A DNA stretch of 64,000 nucleotides. Source: Phoronis australis (lineage: Eukaryota; Animalia; Phoronida). Position numbers and translations under genes: made by a program. The notes under the pieces were generated by a model. The model was given only the letters and a program-made list of their open reading frames with translations, was not told the DNA's origin and ran no database searches. Shown piece after piece: positions 1 to 14,110 of this stretch; positions within the stretch are counted from its first letter, which is position 1, and each line of letters opens with the position of its first letter. The stretch covers positions 338,866 through 402,865 of the forward strand of contig NMRA01000111.1 in assembly GCA_002633005.1 (NCBI GenBank), given 5' to 3'.

Positions 1-2228
1 CAGCGTAAAGTGGTTCATATGACATCATCGCGTGACCACGAAATTACTCGGAAGCCACACTGCGTAACAGATGAGTGCCATTTCTTGGACGTTCTGTACT
101 TGTCGATCTCAGGGTTAAAATGCCTCGGTGCTTGGTGTGAGGGTGTATCAATGTCAGCGGCAATGGCATACATTCGCACAACTTCCCCACCAATCCCGTC
201 GTGTGCCGTGCGTGGAATAGATTGGTGACCACGACAAGGACTGGCGATTCCCGAGCGGCAACAGTTTTAGGCTAGGCGCAAAGCTGTATACAAAATCTAT
301 ATCTTCGCGCCGATGTGGGTAAAAATGACTCAATAAAATCTGACTCAGAAGTAGTGTCATTAAAAGCTGCACCGCTCTTTGAGTAAATGAAATTATTCAC
401 CGGTGTTGGAAGAATTATCGTTCAACTGCTCATCTACTGCTAAAATTGAAGCGCGCTCTTGTGAGTCGGCTTTTAGCGATTACGTCACCTAACGTGAATG
501 GCCGGTATAATCTTCTAACAACTGTGATCTTTACTGCAACGAGGTGGCGCACAGTCACAACAAATTGTCTGAACTTGTTTCATTTCGTTACAAGTTATTA
601 GAATATTTAAGACAAGCAAACCGAATTTAGCAGAAACTTTACTGCTCCAAAGCTGCGTCATGTCCCAAAAGAAGTCGCAAAGTTTTAATACGGCACGTGC
701 GCGTGTCACGAGCGTACTGTTTTCAAAACGACGACAGACTTTCTTCGTTACAAAACTCAAAAGGTGGAGAGTAATGCTAGAAAAATGACGTTTATTAGAT
801 TGGTTTTCACTTAAACGAATGGCAACGGGCAAGGTCACTAGGTGAGTGTCCGAATTGTCTCCCAGATTTTGCACGCACCCCGGCCGTCGGTCGTTGGCTC
901 TGCGATATGTTTCACGACGAGGTGACTAACACAACTCATACCCGGCCAGTATGACATTTCGTGGTTTAACAGAGCTCAATTCACAGTGTTACTTAGCTGT
1001 ATTTTGGCGATAGTCTTCTAACAGCTAGCTGGCTGGCTACAAAAAATCTGCAGTGTGCACTACGACGTTTCATGTTACTGTTCCGGCCCAGTGTATAGGG
1101 AATCCGGCCCAAATCCGGAATATTCTGTCTGATTTTGGTGGTTCCCGTAGGCCTAACGGAATTCTGATACTGAATTTAAAACATTCAATTGATTACGAAT
1201 TCTTATAATTGGGTCTGTTTTCATGCAATCGAAACTTTATTTCGTAGTTTTAATTGATTACGGACACTCACAATGTTGTATTGCTATTAAATTTTCATTT
1301 TTTGAGTTTGACCGAGTCAAAATGGCGGCGATTACGGGTTGCAGCATTTGAAGTTGACTTATTTTGAAAATTGAGTTTCTAATATAAAATTTTCTATAAA
1401 TTTGTATGTAATTGCTTCATACGAAAAGATCAAGCTGATATGTGTTGTAACGTTTCCAAGTATTTTGCATCAAATTAAACGGCCTATTGTCGCCTATACC
1501 AATACGCACAGACACTCGACAGCCGCCCGTATTGGAATCGCGCAGCGTTCACACCTTCGGCTTCAAAAAGACATGAATGCAAAAATCCTAACATCAAAAT
1601 TTTTGTATCAAGCAAATTACACTTTATAATAAACTTTGTAAAATTGCTGAGAACAATTCAGACGAAGCGTTTTGTTTTTCCGGCTGTTTCGGTGGCCCCA
1701 GTCACACTCCCGGAGATTCCCATACGGGCCCGTAGGCCTATTAGAATGTGTGCTAGATAATTGAATAAAATGTTCTAAAGGCAATGATTGTGATTAATTT
1801 TATTATTAACTGACATGAAATGAAAAATTAATGTGTTTCCTTGATTTTCCACGTATTTTACACTAAATTAAACGGCCAATCACCTCTGATTCCAATACTG
1901 GGGAGAAACGGTGAAAGACGAATTCGTTGTAACGATGATGTCATAGACTTCGTTTAGTGCAAGCGCCATCTCAAGTTTTTTTGGCGCTAAATGGGGTTCG
2001 TGATGGGCTACTGCATTGTCGAAGGGCTACTTAATTAACGACTGAGGTATGCTATGACACAGTATTTTGATGTTTTTCATCAATAAACGTATTTTAGATG
2101 TAAAATAGTCATTTTGGCACCATGCGAGGCCTTTAAAATGTCCATGGATGAAACCTTCTCAAAACTTCACCAACTATGTCAAGCGGGTTTGAACGAAAAC
2201 CTTCAGATGTGAAGATTGGATATCTTAA

Positions 2229-5200
2229 GAGCACGTCCACGAATGGACCAGGCAAAAAGTGATAAAGGCTATGTCACGGATTTCCTCGATTATTTGCATG
2301 ATGGTAGGGGTTGATGCCCCAACCTTCATACCAACGTTAATTTTTTTGCGTGCGCCACCTTGTGGTTGCTATGGGAACGTGTTGTTTTTCTGCCAATTCC
2401 AAGCCTCGTTACAGCTACATTTTGGCACTTTTTGCGAACTTACCTTGAGAACAATAGTGCAAAATGAAACACTTCAAGTTCATCACTGAATTGGTGTGTC
2501 TTTCAACGTGCCAGTCATAGAAAATGTCAAGGTTTCAGTTACATCTTAACCGTTTTTGAAGGCTACCAGTTTAGCTAGTTCGTGGTGATTCCAAAATGTT
2601 GAAAATTGCCCTACTTCCTGCCTCAATATCTCAGCTGAAGCCAAATTTAAAACAACAAAACTACAACCAGTGTTTAGATTGATCTTAGCTCTACAAAATA
2701 AAACCATTAAAAGTCTAGGCAATCACCCTTCTTTATACCGCTTCGGGCTCTAGAAGTAGGGCACCTCACCAAAATTATGCAACCGGCCAATGTCGCATAG
2801 TAACAAATGTATGCGAGGATTCAAAATACAGTTTTGAAATCTTAAAATAGGCGATCGAACATATCAAGAGAGCTTTAATTTTGTTACTTTACAGAAAATA
2901 ATGAGAAGCACAACAAGGTACGTTGGTTTCCTTTGACCCTGACGATAACGCTGCCAATAACATGTGCATATAATCACCGTTTCAAAATGCATTATGGTTG
3001 AGTAAAAAATCTCTAAAGTAAGTCTTCAGTTATACATAACTGGGAACTCAAATTCTGAAATTTTAATGTGTGGGTCTGATTGAAATTTAGTTTTCTAATG
3101 TTCTCGAAGTCGGTTGATCGTGTCCCGACGCATCTCAATTCAACGAATTTTATAAAAAACAACAATAGGTGTGTTGGGCCGTTAGGAGACAACTGCATCC
3201 CCATACAGTGTATATCACCAAACCCGAACAAATCAGACAGCAAAGTAGTTAGTCATAAAAAAGAGATGTATTGAAATGGTATTGGTTAGATGCTGTGAAA
3301 TGAGGTTAGAAAAACTGATCTGATAAGGATAGGCGACTACCGGTGAAATTGGCGTTGTTGAATAACTTTTCTTACGCTTCTCATTCGGGAAAGTCCCCAA
3401 ACAGCACACGCCCAGATGTGCATATGGATGTCTGAATATTCTCGCATTATGGATACCAATGTTTTTTAGTTTTCACCGACAACGCATAGAATGATGTATT
3501 TGCGGAAGGTTTGTAGACATTTTCATAAAAAACACAGGAAACCGAGTATTTCACACGCAAAATAGCAGAAAAATCAGTTCAGATGTTTTTTGCATCTATC
3601 ACAGTTAAAATGGCGGATTCCAGGAAGGGCCAAGGGGGCCATGCCCCCCTAAAGTTCTCCCAGATACCATTTGTCAGTTCGGGGTGCTAATTGGTGACTA
3701 GCATATGCGCGCACCCAGGGGGCTCCGTGGGCGAATGCACAATGCATTGGCCTTGAACAAACCCGGATTTTTTAGTATTAAGGTCCACAAACCCAAAAAT
3801 TCGAGACCCCTGTATCCCTACATTTTATGGTGGGCGCGCGGATGTGGCGAAATTCTGTGCCCTGCCCCCCCAACTCAAAATCCTGGATCCGCCCGAGTTT
3901 AGTATGGGTATGCAATGGTGTTTGGTGCTTACCATCGGTCAGACTCCAAAAATTCAGAAGTCTCGAGACTAATACATGTAGTGTCAGCTACTTCATTGAA
4001 AAATCATAAGACAATTCATGTGCAGCAAAACGAAAATAAAACACACAAAGTTAACATTCAGACTGCATATAGGTGAACTTGGGTAATCCAGCAAAGAGAT
4101 TTTGGAACAAAGTTGGGCAATATTTAAAAACTGTTCTGATTTAAATTATTGTTTATTATGTTAGACATAGAGATACAGCAGAGCAGGTTATACTGTACTT
4201 ATGTAGCAAAACGATAAGATAGCCAAATATTAAACAAAAACCAAAATAGTTTAGAGAATAGTAATACTATATTGAGGCTGATATAGGACACAGGCAAATT
4301 ACACGACATAAATCAAGTAAATAGAAAAGAACAAGTGTGGTCACATTTACAAAATGCGAGCAAATTAGGTGTACAATGAGACACCTTTAGTCAGCATAGA
4401 TGACACGTCACGAAATGGAAATAGCATTTTGTCTGACTACTTTTGATATACTGTATTTCAAATGTCTCTGAGTCTTGTATACATGAAATGTGCTACTGCG
4501 GCAATTCCATTGACTCAACAATCTTTTGTCACAATTGAAATCGACGGTCTTCCTCAGCGATTCTTTTCATTCCAAAGGCATCAAATTGTGCGAGTTTCCC
4601 AGAACGATTGAGTGCTGCCAAACGGGAAAATATTTAATCTGCTGAGGTGAGAGACATTCTTCAGAACATCAATACGACCAGGAGCAATACATTCATGGGT
4701 AACATATAATGCTTTGCTGGCTTTTTGTTTGTAATATCGTTAGGACCTTTCGGCAAATTCATCGACGTCAATTAGAAGCTGGGTCCTAACAGGGTTGACT
4801 CTTCCATCAGACGCAGCAGTGAGAAACTGATNAACAAATGTGGTCACATTTACAAAATGCGAGCAAATTAGGTGTACAATGAGACACCTTTAGTCAGCAT
4901 AGATGACAGGTCACGAAATGGAAATAGCATTTTGTCTGACTACTTTTGACATACTGTATTTCAAATGTCTCTGAGTCTTGTATACATGAAATGTGCTACT
5001 GCGGCAATTCCATTGACTCAATAATCTTTTGTCACAATTCAAATCGACGGTCTTCCTCAGCGATTTTTTTCATTCCAAAGGCATTAAATTGTGCGAGTTT
5101 CCCTGTGCTGCCAAACGGGAAAATATTTAATCTGCTGAGGCGAGAGACATTCTTCAGAACATCAATATGACCAGGAGCAATACATTCATGGGTAACATAT

Positions 5201-8200
5201 AATGCTTCGCTGGCTTTTTGTTTGTAATATCGCTAGGACCTTTCGGCAAATTCATCAATGTCAGTTAGAAGCTGGGTCCTAACAGGGTTGACTCTTCCAT
5301 CAGATGCAGCAGTGAGAAACTAATTCGACTTATGGATCTTTGGCGTGGGCGGCCAGAATGATGGTTGGTCCCCCTCGTCTCCACTTGAAAATTTTGCCTG
5401 TAAATATTACAATTATATGCAACTTAATCCGTAAACACAAGAATTATATTTTCCATAAATAGCCTTTCCCCAAAGTATTTATTTTCACCATTCAAAATAG
5501 CTTGGAAAGATGGCCACTCACATATGCATGCTACCCTCATTGTGTGCAAGCACTACTCAAAACAAAAGGTGTCGTCATTTAATCAAAACGTAAGTTCACT
5601 ACTAAAACCTGGAAAACCATCAATTTTGATATATAGCATTGCCACGGCTTCGAAATGCCATAAAGTTAAGACAAGATCCAACACTCTTCATGCCACGATG
5701 CTGATTGAGAAAATTTTATGTTTTAGTACATGATTTTCAGGCTAAAAGGAATACAATTGCATCTTCAAAATTTGCCTCAGTGGTCACTAAAACAACCCGG
5801 AGCAACTATAAAAATCCTATTTGGAGTACCTAAGCTTTCATTACAAGCAGTCTTCCCTCTCAGAGGAATTTTCAAATGTTGACAATTGTGGTGAAATAAC
5901 TGGAACAGAACTAAGCAGATTGTGCACTTATGAACATAGCTCCTCAAATAAACATACAGACAGCGTAGTTCAAGGTCTGTTAACGCTATCCATTGACTCA
6001 CAAGCTCTGGCCCAAACTCGCAAAACATAACTTATGCACCCAAAAATCGCAGTGCCTGGAGCCAAATCCACTTAGTCTGAGAGACATGGTTGACAAGACA
6101 GTAAATACAGAATATGTGCAAAGTGTTTTGTCTGCAAATACAAGGACTGTGTTACAGTCCATTAGTAATGTTTCCTAGCAGATGAGTTAGTGAGACTGTC
6201 ACCAGTTTTTGAGTCAATGCGCAGTTTACAAGCCCACCGGCCCTGTTTATATTTGAGGCAATTTGCGCAAACCTTGTAGTTACATACTTCTGTAACTATG
6301 GACAACTTGTGCAGTAAAACTTCAGAGACGCAAAATTCGCTGAATGCACGGCATTTTTATTTGTCTATGAGGTTTATAAGCAACCACAATACAACTGAAA
6401 TAAAAATCAACTGCAACTACTGTTTTGCTATCATTAAATGTTGATGCACTTAATCCTGGAACCAAGAATCTCAGAAAAAGGTTTTGTGCAACAACACTCC
6501 AATTCATTAACTAACTACTTACTAGTACTCTTTCTGTAGTAAGCTCAACAACAGTGGCTAACTTCTTTGGTAAACGCTTACAATTTCTGCATAGACCTGC
6601 AATAGAATTTTATGGAAAGTAGGCATAACAGAACTCCCAATAGAATGCTGTATTTTGAATCCCCAAATGTTTTCCCCAGTCTTGTTCATGAGGTTGAATG
6701 CTTCAGGTATTAGGGACTTTAACAGTGTTAAAACTTTAGCCATGTTAATTAAATTAGGCCCCATTATAATGAGGTTCCACTGCATATTTGGAAAATTATG
6801 TATCTCTGGTTATACAGATAGAGCAATGTGACCAATCAGAAGTGACTACAGGTGAATTAGATGAGAAATTGGTGTCAGCTAGGAGACAAGGGCTCGATTA
6901 AATCTTTAGATAATGGACACCAAATTTCCAATTTTTACACATGCGTACTCATAAAATGGAATGTATTTCGACAAACCCTAAATATTGAGATAAAGTGAAT
7001 ATTTTACTAATACAAGTCAGTACTGGAAGAAGTTACTAAAATTACTCTAGTACTCCAGTGTGGCTTTACTTCATGTAGGGTTGTGCCCTTCATGGCGATT
7101 GCAGTCAGAATCTAGTTGAGAAAGCAAATACAACAAGGTCGTTATCAACAGGTATAGAGTATCGATGACCTGCAGCAGCATAACAACTTACATAAAAAAA
7201 AAAACTTACCTGACCCAACTGGTATCGATACATTCTGTTCTTCCAGAAATTCTTTGTTGACTGTATTTCCACTTACATTCCAAACGCAAGCTTGGCCTTG
7301 GGCTTAGAGCCTTTCTGATGTTGAAGGTGGGCACATATCTTACTTTTACTTGGCCTCCATCTGATTCCATGCTGAGATCGACGATTTTCACAAACTGGGG
7401 GGTGGGGGGCAAACTGTTGTAAACAAGCCCACTCTCACCCTGGCAAGAATCAGCTGCCACTTTCAGTTTCAACATTGTCACTGAACGGAACTGGGTCGGT
7501 GACTTTAACATATTTCAGATGGCTTGCTATGGACTTGCTGCAATCAGTTAGTGCTTCAATTGGTTGCTGCATGGTTTCGATATTCCTTTGAAGCTCCATA
7601 AACCAGATTTGAAGGATTATGACAACGAACACACTATATTAACTACTTCCACCGCGTCGCACTTCCACCACCTCATCAGCCATTTTTTCTTCAGTGATAT
7701 CAGAGACACCTGAAGGGCTCTTCATCAAAAGGGTAATTCACAGTAAAAAAAAAACAAAACAAAAAAATAATAATTTTATAGAATTTTATTTGCTAAAAAA
7801 TAATCCCAACAATTTAACAGCCATTTGAGCACTTTTAAATCTCAAAACTCAACATTTTCGATGACTAGTAGCTATTGTCACAAGTGCTCACTTTGGCTGA
7901 GGTGGCTGCGAACAATTGCTAATTACTATATGAAGACATGTGTTTGCCGGTGGTTTTGATGCCAAATATCTATTCTACTAAGATAGATCAAACCCACGAT
8001 TAAGTTTCAAAGTGTAAAATTTGGCTTCAGCTGAGATTGACTCATTCAAACCTGGGCAAGTTATCCATGTTTTCTGTTTGTATGACCCAATGACCCTTCA
8101 AACCCCAAAATGTGGAATTTAAGGTGCAACTTGACACTTATATTTTTCATTTTTAGGAAGACAATGGATGACTTTATACAAAACAGTAGCTATTTCATTT

Positions 8201-8557
8201 TCTAGTAGCTTCTGTAATNTGGAATTTAAGGTGCAACTTGACACTTTTATTTTTCATTTTTAGGAAGACAATGGATGACTTTATACAAAACAGTATCTAT
8301 TTCATTTTCTAGTAGCTTCTGTAATTACTTACAATGTCACAAAAACTGTGATTATTGGGTTAAGTTCTGATAGTGGTTTTCAGTGAAAACTGAGGTACCC
8401 GACTTTTAAGCTACCTAACGCGATAGAATTTGTTTAAAGTGCATTTTAGTAATTACCATAAGAAAGTAAACAAAAATGCATAATATGATCCGAATCCGTC
8501 ACATAGGGTTTATCACCCCTGCATGGATTTTTGCCTGGTCTGAAGTGTACTGCACTC
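2229..8557 (-). mobile_element. Sola3-like DNA transposon with degenerate spliced transposase
   Basis: TTAA TSD (2225-2228, 8558-8561), GAG...CTC termini, long imperfect TIRs (GACCAGGCAAAAA; tctcagctgaagccaaattt inverted at ~2630/~8020); empty TTAA at ~34629; minus-strand relic QFL..DGRVNPVRTQL..RS*RYYKQKA..ECIAPG. Confidence 0.75.
3611..3893. mobile_element. GC-rich MITE nested in the Sola3-like element
   Basis: ggcggattccagga ... tcctggatccgcc termini. Confidence 0.65.
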
Positions 8558-10577
8558 TTAAGATAAAAAGTGTTCTCAGAATTAAAAAAAACACGGCTCA
8601 CCAGATGACACGCAACATTTTAGTGGTATGTTACAATAGATTGTGTAGGAAACGGTCAAAAAGTTCACCATTCTCAGCATTTTGAGATTTCAGTCAGGTG
8701 AGCGGAGACAGAACATGTTCTGAATATGTTCATTGTTGAAAAATATAATTGCATTAAATAGTATGCAAAAGAGTTATATCAGCTCACCTTAAAGGACAAT
8801 GTGGCACTCAGTAAATCATTTTCGGACATATGTTTAGTCAAGGCCCAATTATAACCTAAGGTTTTGTATCAGCTTGAATATACTTTTGGTATTTAATATT
8901 TCTGACACTCACAAACAGAAACATTACGAGTTGGCAACGGCACAAAATGATGGAAGGAGGGTGTAAGATATTTTACGTCTGTTAGCTCAGGGAGCCTCAC
9001 GACCACGCGTTTGTTCGTAGCTGTTTGTAGGCTGAATGAGATTTGCAGATCACCTGGCTCACATTTGTGTATGAACTTTTATGTTTGCTGGCTTGTTTTC
9101 TGCCCACTTGGGTGGGCAGTGTACATTTGGCTTGACAGTGGAGAGGATGAGAGCTACCATATTGAGATAATTTCAATTCCTGTTATGGTAATTTTGTATT
9201 TGGTATTTTTGTATTTGCATTTTGGTCTATTGTGAGTTTTGTTTCTATGTTATTTTATTTTTGTAGAATCGAAACAGAGAAGACTTGTAAGAACACAACT
9301 GTGAAATGTTTCGAGTATCTTAATAAAGCATTATTAAAGCCATGTCTTCTTGTCTCGCCGACACTGACAGAGTGTGTTGGTGAGCTTACTAGGCAGTGGA
9401 CCAAATCTCATAGCATTCAGTGCCGTGAGTACTTTGAGGTGGAAGGGTAACCTAAATTTTCTATGTAACTAGAGAATATGCATAAAATTAAAAGTGCAAA
9501 ATGTTCCCGCATCTAGAAACCTTGTATATTTTCTAAATGGTGTTTTTGTTTTAAGAAATATTATCCACGTTCCTGCCACTTGGTGGTGCTTTTTTATTGA
9601 ATTGACCAATCAGACAGCCAGATTATATTGCGGTGCTTAGTAACTTTAATATGGCAGCTCTGATAGAAGGTGATTCAAGATTTATCAAACAGCACTAAGT
9701 TGTGATAACCAGAACTTGAAGAAGCTCAGAGAAGCATTCCGACGAAAGCTCATGGACTATGCAAATCTGTGGAGATGGAAAAGAAGAGGTGTCACAAAAG
9801 TTTGTGCAGGAAAACAGCTTCTTTGCCCAACTGGCTTATGACAAAACATTTCCTGCTGTACTACTCCACTGCTTTAGAAAAATATTGAAAAGAGATAGAA
9901 ACGCATAGCAACGTTCCAAGATACCAGCAGTAGTAGCAAAGCTGAAACTGCTAAAAGTGACACAGATGATACCCAAGATCTTCCAATGAGATCAATTAGG
10001 CTTCCAAAATCTTAAACACCGAGTTAATAGAACATTCTGACACATGAGTGCATCTTTTGCGACCAGGGAAAGAGTATTACGGACCATAGTTCAAGAGAGA
10101 GAAAGAAGTAACAGCTTTCTTTCTTTGAAAAACAGGTATGTGTTTTTGAAAGGCACATCATAGTAGTGTCCTCCAATTGTATTCAGTATTTATCCCCAGC
10201 TGTCTTTTATCTTGTTCAGCACCTAGGCTGCCCAGGCCTTAGACAATACGGCTGTCTTGAGTGGCATAATAGAGATGGTCTCCATACCATAGGTCCCCCA
10301 TAAGCCTGATGCTGATTATGCGTCACACTTATTAAACGATCAAAGTAATGTTGCTATCAGTTTAGAATTACATTTTGCGCAAAGCAGGATGATTTAGGAG
10401 GCCGTTAATGTTTCTTTTGTTTCCAGATTAAACAAATACCCCTGCAGTCCATTTTTTCGAACAGTCCGCCGTTCAGTTGATTGCGCCAGGTGATAACCAA
10501 CCATCCATTTTGTCAAACGTTGCTTACCTTAAATGAAAATCGACTGGCTATGCTGACCAACTAGTTCTATATATTTC

Positions 10578-12730
10578 GTGCATGTCTCTGGGTGGTTTTT
10601 CGGCCAGTACTTGACGAGTCATAATTGGCAGGGGTGTACTTTAAATGCAAGGTGGATGGTTACCCACATTTTACCACCAAATTCATCGTGTTCAAGACAC
10701 TGGAAGGCCTACGACGTTGTGCGAAAACTGTTGACACGCGACTATCTATTGATTCTGAGATACTGTACCAGTTGGTCCACAGCCTGCACCTAGTCTGTTC
10801 CTCTACGCAGCTTTTCAAGACAGCGTATGTTTTGGCGTTCTTTGTTTTATTTCGAATATCGGAATTAGTTGGCCCAAACAATGGAGGTCTTCAAGCGAAC
10901 GACGTCTCCTTTGCCAACACCAGGATCTTCATTAAAATCAGATCATCCAAGACCGACCAGCGTGGGAAGACGTCGACACTCGTTCTGCATCCCTTATCGC
11001 ACCACCCACTTATAAGCCCGGTGGACAACGTACTCAAATTTCACAAACTCAGACCACCAAGCACCCACTAATTCCTCCGTCATTTTGGTCGAAAACCCCT
11101 CACTCGCTATCAGTTTAGCGCTATCCTTCAGTCGCCATTGAAGAATCTGGGCGTCGAACAGGGCAGATACCGGTCGCATCGGTGCTGCCACAGCGGCAAG
11201 CACAGCTGGCTAGACACTGGAACAAATCAGACTCGCAGGCAGATGGTCTACACACTCAAAAACATACGAAACGTAACGTATGTTCATTTATTTCTGAAAA
11301 AGTAATAATCCACAATTTGGACTGGTTCTAAAAGACGGTGTAAGTTTTACAGGGCCTTATACCGTATGGATTGTGGGATCGTCGATCATCAAACGGGCCT
11401 TTGGTCTTGCCAGGACAAGTTCCGACGGAACGAATACAATGATGAAACGCCTTGAAAATCAGCCGTCGTAGATCATCCTGCACTGCGCTGGCAACGACAT
11501 TGGTCAAACTAAATTACATGAGCTATGCACCTCTCTCAAGGCAGATATTTCCAGAATCCACAACAAATTTCCACACAGCACAATTGTTTGGTCCGCAATA
11601 CTACCAAGGTTACAATGGAAAAGAGGCGCCTGGAAGTCATTTACACCCCAAGGCCAGAATCAACTTCATGGCGCCTAAGACTTTTCTCACTTATTCTGGG
11701 TGCTACATCAGACACCCTGACATTATGAGAGATTCCAGGTTGCTGTTCCATCCAGACGTAGTCCACAAGTCCCCGTTAGGAAAGGATATTTTTCTGAATG
11801 ATATAAAGGGTGCCTTAGAGCATTTCACTGCTGGCGGACCTCGGTTATATGGTCAATAGGCCTCTGTTTTGCTTAGGTAAATGTTTTCCAGATGGTAGCT
11901 TTCTTTAGGTGTATCACCATATATTGTTTTATCTTATATCATATTATATTGTTCAACTGCCCCTACCTGTTCCCACATCCCCTTTCACTCCTATTCGTCC
12001 CTTGACTACCAGGGTCACTGCCCCAACGCAGGTTGTGGCGGTGGAAAGGATTGCTCATCCATGAACAACCCTGCCCATGTAGCACACCTTGGGCCACAAC
12101 ACCACGTTCCTTACAATATCTCTTTTTATCACTCCGGCTGCTCTGCTCACTCAGCTTGTCCGGAACATGCTTTGCAGGTTGTTATAGCCCAGTTGGCTGT
12201 TTGATGTACCCACTTGGTACTTTATTGTATGCTATTTGCCCATTTGGCAGTTTGTACCCATTTGGTACTTGTTACTGAATTTGCCGTTTTGCTCGGCCCA
12301 CTTGGTAGGCAATTGGTCAATACCCATTTCGTATTATGTACCCGTTTGGTACTATGCTAACCTGTGCCATTTAGTATCTGATACTCAATTACCCATTGGG
12401 TATCGCAACTCCGTTTGTTATCTCTTGGAATTAAGGTACCCATCCGGTACCATCTAGGAATATTCATTTGTACAGCTGTGACCATGAAATTCTCAATGTA
12501 ATTTAAAATATATATTATTATTGTAAATTTGTATGAAATCTGTGTGAACAAATTTTCCACCGGGACATTTATTTCCAGAAACATAAGTCAAAGTCATTAT
12601 TTTCCAAAAATCAGTTTAGTAGTCTGAAATGTAGAGAGTGAACTTAAAAATAAAACATTTTTATTTTCAGATGTATTTCCAATCCGTCTGCGACGTTCAA
12701 TCAATGTCACAAATTAAGGCTAATGTGTAA
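10578..12730 (+). mobile_element. Ngaro/DIRS-type tyrosine-recombinase retrotransposon 3' fragment (YR relic ~10625-11280; SGNH hydrolase relic ~11360-11859)
   Basis: AFF.LFRISEL, SKTDQRG, YRSH, AATAA, AGRWS; VWIVGSS, IILHCAGND, IVWSAILPR, DVVH; absent from the paralog at ~36610. Confidence 0.85.
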
Positions 12731-12910
12731 ATTTATGCTGTGTACTGCCTGGAAAAAGATATTTGCTCAAATCTATCAGAAAATTCATTTCAATGTCATA
12801 CCAATTTTGAAAAGAGGACTTTAAGTAGCCATAATTCCGTCAGCGACACCAACGCGTTATTGGTATTTGACCCTATATCTTAATCATTACACAGCGAGCT
12901 TTGGTTAAAT

Positions 12911-14110
12911 AAAGGAGTGTAGAATAATAGTTAACTTGTGATTTCGCTGTTACCGCTACTACTAGCGCCATCAAGTGGGGAATAAGCAACGGTTAAGTAG
13001 GAAGCGCGAGAACAACGGCGAAAAGCGCATTTTGCAATGCTATGAATTTCACTAATTCAATCCACGAAAATCCCAGACTTGTCATTTTTACGTTACCTAA
13101 GGATCCAGAAAGGTAAGGATTATTTGTTATTTAAAAATTGATACATTGCATGTCATATTCTGTGTTCTGTTCACGGTCGGAAGACAAGTCGATTGCATTC
13201 CCGGTGCCGTGGTCTGTAGTGTAGGCTAATGTACAGGCTACGCTCTACCTTCTGCAGATACTTTGTTGTCAATATATGTCTACTAAAATTATATGTGAGG
13301 GAGCCTCAGAATGGAATAAATTGTTGTGGTATGATGAATTACCTTGCTTTTTTCTTCTTATATGCGTTACAGCTACTACAATAACCCGATTGTCTGCACC
13401 GGTAACAGCCTATCGTATTCAATAGGTAACGCATTAAAAAATGTTGGGTAGACATGAAACGAGCAGTGAGCTGGGAGCTCCTTGTAATGAAAAGTTGTAA
13501 AACAGACGGGATGGTACTGGGGCATGATGACCACCAGTCACTGCAAGCATGCACAAAACGAGGGCTAATCTTTTTTACCACCTCAGCACATGTGGTCAAT
13601 TGTCAAGGGAACAACCAAAATTTGTGACGATGGCCGGAGCTCAGCACCATGTAGCACTTCTCCCATGTATCCCCTGGGGTAACACCACCCAGAACCCTCA
13701 AGAGCAGTCACTAGAATTATGTTGTCCATGGAGATATGAAATGTTATAAAGAACGGTAATTAGCCTTATTAAGAACTCCAACATGAAACAAAACCGTGAT
13801 GCCTTTTGAAGAGAGCTTCAAGAGAATGAAAGCAAATTAATGCACTTTAATATTGATTAAAATAAATTTCATTCTCATTCGAGGATATTTACTTTCATGT
13901 TTTACCCATTTTCAACAACACAGTAATTTTATTGAACGTCGAACGTCAAAAAGCAGCGGTATGAATTGATCAGTGTTGACATGGTTTGGACTGCGCCGCT
14001 AAATTAGTGTTGCTTATTCGCCGCTTGGGGCGCTAGTTTTTCAACCGATAACCATTGCGGCGAATGGCGAGATGGCGGAATGAACTCTTCCACTCTATGT
14101 ACACTCCTTG
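12911..14110 (+). mobile_element. Non-autonomous P-like DNA transposon with THAP-domain relic (copy A)
   Basis: TIR aaggagtgta/tacactccttg, inverted subterminal ctagcgcc..caag..gaataagcaac, 7-bp imperfect TSD gttaaat/cttaaat, FTLPKDPER|gtaag. Confidence 0.65.

Noticed and set aside
4330-5325. Apparent ~500-bp tandem duplication inside the Sola3-like element
   Set aside because: The copies abut a single N (4832), typical of overlapping contig ends or haplotype joins.
8111-8325. ~108-bp direct repeat
   Set aside because: Flanks the N at 8219; likely an assembly artefact.
9446-10233. Possible DNA transposon relic with gggtaaccta / taggctgccc ends
   Set aside because: TIR match is too short and the coding relic too decayed to call.
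12185-12451. CRISPR-like array
   Set aside because: Eukaryotic context, repeats only ~15 bp and non-identical, irregular spacers, no cas genes; kept as a hairpin array instead.
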